A DNA stretch of 63,779 bases, counting the filler, from Collodictyon triciliatum (lineage: Eukaryota): the NCBI GenBank assembly GCA_043381765.1. It is 13 parts of 13 records of this genome, joined end to end, with 100 filler letters (N's around TTAATTAATTAA, not from the genome) between each part and the next. Parts side by side here need not be neighbours in the genome. Positions count along the whole stretch, not along the records: positions 55,509 to 60,457 come from JBHJMP010005627.1; positions 60,558 to 63,779 come from JBHJMP010005630.1; 11 more parts are not named here. One strand, written 5' to 3'. The notes under the pieces were generated by a model, which saw only the letters and a list, made by a program, of their open reading frames with translations, was not told the origin of the DNA and made no database searches. The translations under genes were made by a program, and so were the position numbers. Below, piece after piece: positions 56,036-63,779 of this stretch (within the stretch, counting starts at the first letter, position 1; every line of letters starts with the position of its first letter).

Positions 56036-59000
56036 ATGACCGAAGCAACTGGGAAGGGAAAAGGCCTTGGCACCGCTGTGGATGCAGAAGTAAAATATGT
56101 TTTCTCAAAGTTTTTTTTTCAAGAATGCCATCACTGCTTACTTTCACTTATTTTTTTCTATTTATTATAATCAGTTTGGGTTATCACCGCCGCTTTCGTT
56201 TTCAATGTTTATTATTTTTATTTTCCGTTTTCTTTTTTTCTTTTTCTTTTTCTTTTTCTTTTTCTTTTTCTTTTTCTTTTTGTTTTTCTTTTTCTTTTTC
56301 TTTTTCTTTTTGTTTTTTGTTTTTATTTTCCGTATTCTTTTTTTGTTTTTGTTTTTGTTTTTGTTTTTTGTTTTTGTTTTTTGTTTTAGGTCTTTTTTCT
56401 TTTTTTCTTTTTTTTGTTTTTGTTTTTGTTTTTGTTTTTGTTTTTGTTTTTGTTTTTGTTTTTGTTTTTTTCTTTTTGTTTTTGTTTTTGTTTTTGTTCA
56501 CATTATTGATATTTACGCGCCATCCTTCTCATTTCTTCACTTACGTCTTTCTTCACTTTCGCTTTGTCTAAAGGTTGGCAGGAGGCAATACGAAATGAAA
56601 ATTAAAGCACTGGAAAACTCCTACAACGCTCTCCAGGTAATTACAGCTTCCATGACTCTTTGCCGCCAGTTTCTTTATTCCGGGCAACTTTTGCAATGCT
56701 GAGTGCAACATTTTATGTTCTGGTTTACATTATATTTTATTTTCACCAGCGCCGTATAAACATAGCACTTTTTTCCTTTCCTTTTCCTTTTCTTTTTCTT
56801 TTCTTTTTCTTTTCTTTTTCTTTTCTTTTTCTTTTCTTTTTCTTTTTCTTTATCTTTATCTTTTTCTTTATCTTTATCTTTATCTTTATCTTTATCTTTA
56901 TCTTTATCTTTATCTTTATCTTTATCTTTATCTTTATCTTTATCTTTATCTTTATCTTTATCTGCTTGTGTAGGAGGTATTAAAGCAGCGAATCACAACG
57001 TCCTCTAAAGAAAAGGCCTCATTGGAAAAGAAAATCAGAGACCTAGAAGACAAATGCGAGGAAAAAGATTACTTGATCCAGTCGATGTACTTTTTCGATT
57101 TATCAATGTCCCGCATCACGACTTTCACAATTTGGACTTTGCTGCCTAATCTCGAGCCATGTCTTTTGCACACAGAACCTCACCCCTCAATTATAACAGG
57201 AGACATGATTTACAAAGAATGAGTGAAGAATATGAGATCCGCTTTGCCTCCTCCCGCAGTGATTGTGAAAGAGTCAGATTGGAGGAGACTGCGAAGGTTT
57301 TTTCAATATGATTTAATAATGTGGTTACTCTTGCAGTTAGAGTCGCTATCACTCTATATTATCCTATTGCTGTTTTTTAAAATTGTCCTTCAATTAAATT
57401 GGACCAACATACCACTATCATTTTCACCTTTTGAAATATGGAAACGAAGAAGTTTAATACGAGCAATCCTCACTTTTCTACGTAAAAGATTCCTATTCAC
57501 CAGAATGTCGATTTGGTCCCGGAGCTTCTTCGTGCTGAGAGGAAAATTAGTGAGTTACAAGAAGCCTTGTCCAAAGGAGAACACTCTCACCAAACTCATA
57601 TGAAAGAATTGCAAGAAAAGGTTGATTGTATGAATGAATCATACGGCATGAATCTCGCAGAAAATGTAAGCTTCAACAAATGAAAAGATAATTATTTGAC
57701 TTGTCACATCTAGATATACATTAAATATAAGGCCATGGTCTTTGTGTTGCCTACATTTTCTTTTTCTTTTTTTAAAAATTTTCCTGTATAAAACATAGGA
57801 CCACACTGTTGAAGAATTGAGGTCTACCAAGAACAAACTTATGGCTGAACTTACCCAAATGAGAGAAGAATTGCGAAAACGAGACCAAACTCATGAAAGT
57901 ATCATATCAGATTACAAAGAAAGGGTAAATTTATTGATATATTTTTTTCATTCTAGAGGGTTGCTGAGAGAAGAAAAAAAAGGGATAATCTTCCTTTAGT
58001 GTGCACTATGTTAATGTATTTTATTACCAATATTATTGTAAACATTATTGATATTATGATAATCATCATCAATCTGATTATTATATTGTTATTTTTCAAC
58101 TACTTACAAATTCAAATTAGGTATCAAAAAATGCGCATGTGCTTGAGGTATTCGCTCCAAAGATGGATGATTTTTTCGAACACGTGTTTTGTTTATAGCT
58201 CACTTGCTGATTTGTGCAATATGAACTGTCGACCTTAACTACAATTTCCACTAGGAACTTAGGTCGAATTATGAAAGAAAAATTTCTTTGCTCAAAGCTG
58301 AGACAGAGCAACTTCAATCCACAAACGACCAATTAAGAAAAGAACGTGACAGTCTTCGTGATTTAATTCGGCTGCAAATAGGCAACGAAAAAGTAGTACT
58401 CCTCCATTAGAAATTTTATTGAACGATTCTTACTTTTATGTTTCCTACTTCTTCTCTTTTTTTTTAAGAAATAATTAGAAAATAGTAGAGAAGATGAGAC
58501 AGTAGCATATGAAAAGTTCTTGCCTAAAAACGATTCCCCATCAAAGCCGTATGTTTAATATATAGCATACTTACTACCCGAGTTTTATTGAAAGGGTTCG
58601 TCTCGAAATCCCGATGACTTTTCGTCTCTGTCCATCACTCGAATCCTCAATTCACCAAGAGATACCATCACCAATGCCTCGAACCTAAATCCTGCATCAA
58701 AATCTCGATCACTTGCTGATGGCAAACCTGCTTTTATGGTAGAGTATCATCTGACCTAATTTTACCTACATTCTCAGGCTCTTGAATGTCGTTTCTTAAT
58801 CTCTCTTTCTGTCACATCCGTGCGAATCGATAAATGAATTGTTGAAAAAGATCACCCCAATAACCCTCCAGACGACCGCACAAAACGAGCCACCAACCAA
58901 TGTAAAGCACAATCACACAAAAGATGAAACGAAATCCGAGGAGAATGCGAGCTCAAGTAGAAAAACATCTCAGGAATGGCTAATGGATGATGCCGAGCGT

Positions 59001-60265
59001 CTTAGGGACAGTCGTTCATTGGCTGGACTCTCCAGCCTCGGTCATGATTCCTCATCAGAACCTACGAGAAACCGAGAGAACGACGAGACACCAAAGAAGG
59101 CAACATCCACTCATAATCAACCAGAAACACCGCAAATGGCACCCTCATACCAATCAACAGCATCCGACCAGCAAAACACAGGGCAGCAGAAACTGGTTAC
59201 CTACTTCGAGCCCATGAACCATGTCTCTGTGGCTTCTATCATAACGTCGTCGCGATACCGGTCCTCTGCAGCAGACTACCCCCCACCAACAGGATTTGTT
59301 CATCCTCTTCACCAAAACAGCCACCCAGTCTCAAGTTTGTACCACTCGCCATCAATGATTCAAGTGAGGTCTTCATCGGCATCATCGACACAAAACCCAG
59401 AAACTCCCCAGCATCAGGGCCATCGCACAACAAATCAGGTCTCTGTGGGGGAGACAACGCCACGGTTCGCACACATCAACACTACAGCGGCTCATTCTTC
59501 TGCTCATCACTCGTCACCAAGACAACAACAAGCACAGCATTCGCAAACCCTGCAAGGCTATGACGAGATGAATGCAGGACACGCAACACCAAGGTTGGCG
59601 ACCTTTCAATCTCCTTTCTTAATCCCTCCATCAAAGAAAAATGAACAATTAATCAATGCTGACATTTGATGCAGGGTGAGAATATGGGAGTTTTGAATGA
59701 TAGGGCATCACCAAAGCACATGCGCCATCATGGTCGTACTTTAGACTAACAAAAAGCACTCCTTTCTCCCCCTGTCAGGAATCATCCTGGGGCACTCATC
59801 CAGCTTTCAAACGACCCCAGTCAGAGAAACATGTCAGTCCCTCTTCGAAAGACACGCTCTTATGAAGCTGCCCGCACTATCACTTCGCATGTGACAAACT
59901 CCATCATGAACCAGCCCCGACCGGCGATGCCTCCATCTTCTCTCTCTGCAGAGAAATCCCAAACGCAATCACAATCACAATCACAATCACAATCACAATC
60001 ACAATCACAATCACAAGGGCATAGCGCAGAGCAAAGGCCAAAGCCGATGCCAACAACTCCAAGGCACTTGTCAAGCCCCCCGCCGCAGCCCATCAATCCT
60101 GCTTTCTTGTCTGCATCATCGAGCAGGCTGCAGCCTTTGCCTGTTGCGAGCGGCAGTCAGATGCTGCCTCCTCAGGTCCCCGCGCACCCATCATTCTCGT
60201 CAATGGCCGCCATGCCTTTGTCGCCCCGCCCAAACAGCTTCTACATACTCAACTCCAGGTCGTGA
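56036..60265 (+). CDS. Uncharacterised protein: N-terminal coiled coil, long S/T/P/Q-rich disordered C-terminus; multi-exon
   Basis: Heptad-rich exons (YEMKIKALENSYNALQ/EVLKQRI...LEKKIRDLEDKCEEKD; KLMAELTQMREELRKRD). Long open exons at ~58850-59590 and ~59780-60265 include a (TCACAA)n-encoded SQ run. Confidence 0.65.
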
Positions 60266-60350
60266 CTACGCGGCTTCTCTTGCTCCTTACCCACGGCAGA
60301 GTAGTGCGTTGCACCGTATAAAGAAACTCACAATTGGACTCTACAGCGCG

Positions 60351-60402
<52 letters not shown>

Positions 60403-60422
60403 TTCTTTTTTTTTTTTTTGTT

Positions 60423-60457
<35 letters not shown>

Positions 60458-60754
60458 NNNNNNNNNNNNNNNNNNNNNNNNNNNNNNNNNNNNNNNNNNN
60501 NTTAATTAATTAANNNNNNNNNNNNNNNNNNNNNNNNNNNNNNNNNNNNNNNNNNNNAAAAAGAAGAAAAAAAAAAGAAGAAAAAAGAAAAAAGAAAAAA
60601 GAAAAAAGAAAAAAGAAAAAAGAAAAAAGAAAAAGAAAAAAGAAAAAAGAAAAAAGAAAAAAGAAGAAAGAAGAAAGAAGAAAAAGAAAAAAAAAAAGAA
60701 AAAGAAACAGTCGACAAACAGGCCACCTAACAACTCCACCTTGTGGCCTCCCAG

Positions 60755-61552
60755 GTCAACCCCGGCGTGTACAAAGGAATGTTCGACGGCTTCCGCCAGA
60801 TCGTGGCCAAGGAAGGAGCCGCGGCGCTGATGTCCGGGTGGGCGCCGACGCTGATCGGGTACTCGCTGCAGGGCGCAAACAAGTTTGGGTTCTACGAGTT
60901 CTTCAAGAAGTTCTACGCAGACCTGCTGGGCGAGGAGGCGGCGGTGCAGAACCGCACGCTGGTGTACCTTGCGGGGTCTGCGACGGCGGAGGTGATTGCG
61001 GACGCGTTCCTGTGCCCGTTCGAGGCGGTCAAGGTGCGGATCCAGACGCAGCCGGCCTTTGGGACGACGCTGCGCACGGTGCTGCCCAGGCTGTACGCGC
61101 AGGAGGGCGCGCAGGGGCTGTTCAAGGGCCTTGTGCCCCTGTGGCTGCGCCAGATCCCCTACACCATGGTCAAGTTTGCCTGCTTCGAGCGCACCGTGGA
61201 GCTGATCTACTCGCTGCTGCCCAAGGAGAAGCACGAGTACGGCAAGGGCGCGCAGCTCTCGGTCACGTTTGCCTCCGGATACATCGCCGGCGTCTTCTGC
61301 GCCATCGTCTCCCACCCCGCAGACACCGTCGTCTCCAAGCTCAACCAGACAAAGACCGACGGCGGCACGGGCGCGGCCATCGCAAAGATCCTCTCCGACC
61401 TCGGCTTCGCAAAGATCTGGACCGGCCTCGGCATCCGCGTCCTCATGATCGGCACACTCACCGGCCTCCAGTGGTTCATCTACGACTCCTTCAAGGCCTT
61501 CGTCGGCCTCCCGACCAGCGGCGGGCCCCAGAAGAAGCCGGCCCAGAAGTAG
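60755..61552 (+). CDS. SLC25A3: Mitochondrial phosphate carrier (SLC25A3/MIR1/PIC2), final exon; 5'-truncated
   Basis: GWAPTLIGYSLQGANKFGFYEFFK, ADAFLCPFEAVKVRIQT, LWLRQIPYTMVKF, AIVSHPADTVVSKLN, RVLMIGTLTGLQWFIYD. Acceptor CCCAG at 60750-60754. Confidence 0.97.
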   Translation, partial: VNPGVYKGMFDGFRQIVAKEGAAALMSGWAPTLIGYSLQGANKFGFYEFFKKFYADLLGEEAAVQNRTLVYLAGSATAEVIADAFLCPFEAVKVRIQTQPAFGTTLRTVLPRLYAQEGAQGLFKGLVPLWLRQIPYTMVKFACFERTVELIYSLLPKEKHEYGKGAQLSVTFASGYIAGVFCAIVSHPADTVVSKLNQTKTDGGTGAAIAKILSDLGFAKIWTGLGIRVLMIGTLTGLQWFIYDSFKAFVGLPTSGGPQKKPAQK

Positions 61553-62616
61553 CCGCCAACCCTCTTATCCCGCTCTACCCTCACCCTTAAACACACCACA
61601 AACACACACACATGTTTTCCTCCTCTTTCTTTCTTTCTTTCTTTCTTTCTCTCTCTCTCGGTCTCACTCTCTCTCGGTCCCTGTCTCGGTGTCTTTATTT
61701 TCCATTGCCTATCTCTATATCGGTCACACCAGCCGGCTTTGCCATGCAGTATGCTGAGATTGTTTGTGCGTGGGTAAGAAGGCATCCAAAGGAGGCGTAG
61801 GGGCGATGGAGAGACACTCGTGATTTTTTCTCTCTTTTCTGTCATCTTATCAAATTCAGACTTAGATGGGCTTATTATTGTCGAGCGTGGAGCAACAGAA
61901 ACACGTGACTGACTCCAAGGCATTGGAGAAAAGGCGGGGTGAGGTTGTGGAGGACAAAAACGCGGTGGTGTGGGAACCTTCTGTGTACAGAACAAAAGCA
62001 AATAACAAATAAGGATGTCTGCACGCAAACAAACAAACGGTGCTAATTCATTAGTACAGAAATAAATGAATAATAATTGCTCGTTCTCGCCAGATTCGAC
62101 CGGCCCGTCCTATTGTGCCATCAACCGATGTAAAAAAGTTTTAATTTCCACTTTAGAAATATCAATCGCAGTTGCAGTTGTGGTAATTCTCAGTTGAAAT
62201 TAATTCAAAGAATATGTACATATTAGTGATTATTCCACTTAATCTGCACACCCACACAGGCCTGTATTCTATATGAATTTTTTTTTTATCTTTGTGCAAC
62301 TTTTTTTTCTTTACAAATTTTTTGTATTCCAAAGGCACAACCAACACACCGAACGCACATAGTTACGCACCCCCAAGTATCACGTGTCCAACGGGCTTGT
62401 CCATTCCCCAAGTACCAAAGAGTCTACATGTTAGAATAGTCTGAGGGGCATACAAATGCCGAGTGTCTTGGAGAGAATCCTCATTGTCCACTCCCTCTTC
62501 TTTCGTGATTCTCATTACATAGCAACGAGGTTGCCGTGGGCAGATGGAAAGGCAAGGAGTGGAGTTGATCGCCTTCCAACACTCTTCTACATTTCCATAC
62601 TCCTCATCCGTTTCTT

Positions 62617-62770
62617 CAAATAAGAAAATAAGAAAATAAGAAAATAAGAAAATAAGAAAATAAGAAAATAANNNNNNNNNNNNNNNNNNNNNNNNNNNNN
62701 NNNNNNNNNNNNNNNNNNNNNAAATAAGAAAATAAGAAAATAAGAAAATAAGAAAATAAGAAAATAAGAA
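62617..62770 (+). repeat. (AAATAAGA)n tandem repeat spanning an N gap
   Basis: Direct reading. Confidence 0.9.
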
Positions 62771-62823
62771 AATAAATAAAAATAATTAAAAATCTCATCG
62801 CATATTCTTTTTCCTGTGTGTAG

Positions 62824-63691
62824 TTTCTTCTTCTGCGAGAGCTTTACCCCAACCCATTTGTTTCGATAAGGAAAACCATTTTTTTTTTAATACGTATAGA
62901 CACAAGTGAGCAGCTGTGCATTATGACTCGGTTCTACTTTCAACTCGGATCAGCAGCCCTCATTTTTTTGCTTGTGCAGGTTTCCATCCAAATACCAAAA
63001 ACCCTTATCGCTTTGCAAGTATGAGAAAGTGTTATGCTAAAGAAATTCCCTTTCCTTTTTTTTTTTTTAAAAAATTATTTAATCTTTTTTTATTCCATGT
63101 TTATTCATTTTCCAATGACTATTTTCTAAAAAAAAATAAATGATACGACAGGTATCTTCATGCACGAAGCAAAGTAAATCGAACCCGATGGGACCATCTA
63201 TGCACTTTCGTGGGGGAGAGTTTGGAGACCGTATCGAAATACAGGAAGTCGCAAACACATACGGGCAGGGATTTACATTTGAATCATGGGTGAAGGTAAG
63301 TTCAGCGCAGTCTGGGATGGGAACAATCTTGTCAGGAAACACAGAAAAGCAGGCTACGAAGACATTTAAAGCTGTCTTGTCTCAAAGTCTAATCGGTTGC
63401 GATGACCACTTTGTTGATAGTAGTTTCCCAAACAAATATGTAATTTTTATTAATCAATTTTATTCATTTTTTTCCCCCTTCCTTCATTCGATCCAAATTT
63501 TCATATTGCTCTGGAAAATATTTAAATTTGCTATGAAATAAAAAGCGTATTGCGCAAAATTGCAATAAGTTCTGATATTATGCGGAATACCCAGACGCTG
63601 ACAAGTCCTACACATCTCGCAATTACATTTGAAAAAATCGCACCCACGCACAACCTTGTCCAGCTGTATGTGAATGGTTCCTTGTCTACAG
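62824..63691 (+). CDS. LamG/concanavalin-like jellyroll domain protein, partial
   Basis: SMHFRGGEFGDRIEI...FTFESWVK...TILS and THLAITF...QLYVNG match the Laminin_G_3 pattern (F.G...FTxxxWVK...HxAxT...LYVNG). Confidence 0.65.
63465..63505 (-). mobile_element. Degenerate copy of the ultra-short A-tailed insertion (intronic)
   Basis: Minus strand reads ATTTGGATCGAATGAAGGAAGGGGGAAAAAAA. Confidence 0.35.
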
Positions 63692-63779
63692 GTTGCCTTA
63701 TTTTTTTTTTTTTTTTGGTTTTTCTTGTTTTTTTTTGATTTTTTTTTTTTTTGCCCAATTTTTTTTTTTTTTTTTTTTT

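Noticed and set aside
60506-61590. Overlapping antisense and alternative-frame ORFs on the phosphate carrier
   Set aside because: These are shadow ORFs expected from high GC3. Only one frame has carrier motifs.

Overview
This is eukaryotic genomic DNA: AT-rich, intron-dense, standard genetic code, probably an unidentified protist. It is not one locus. It is about 13 separate scaffolds of ~4.94-4.95 kb joined by artificial N-TTAATTAATTAA-N linkers, and most scaffolds break at microsatellites. I rebuilt the spliced genes by hand. Housekeeping/metabolic genes: ARF GTPase, GAR transformylase (purN/ADE8), glycogen branching enzyme, a SAICAR synthetase fused to a degenerate PurE-like domain, P4-ATPase N-terminus and mitochondrial phosphate carrier. 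Signalling/structural genes: Sel1-repeat protein, O-fucosyltransferase-like GT, LysM+TLDc (OXR1-like), cyclin Y-like, KIF25-like kinesin-14, FNIP-like, cNMP-binding protein, COP9 subunit CSN2, a coiled-coil protein and a LamG-domain protein. There are also two copies of an NLR-like (DUF4062-type)-NACHT-TPR gene. Three observations stand out. (1) In the NLR-like genes each TPR unit sits on its own 126-nt phase-2 exon, with 9 vs 4 cassettes in the two copies and hypervariable residues at fixed positions: a candidate diversifying immune/allorecognition receptor system. (2) A dispersed ~20-30 nt element (CTTTGAATCGAATAAAGG-An) with an A tail and target-site duplications occurs 8 times on 6 scaffolds. 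(3) The intron-containing PurC-PurE gene resembles bacterial (CPR-type) fusions. All family assignments come from motif recognition, not database searches.
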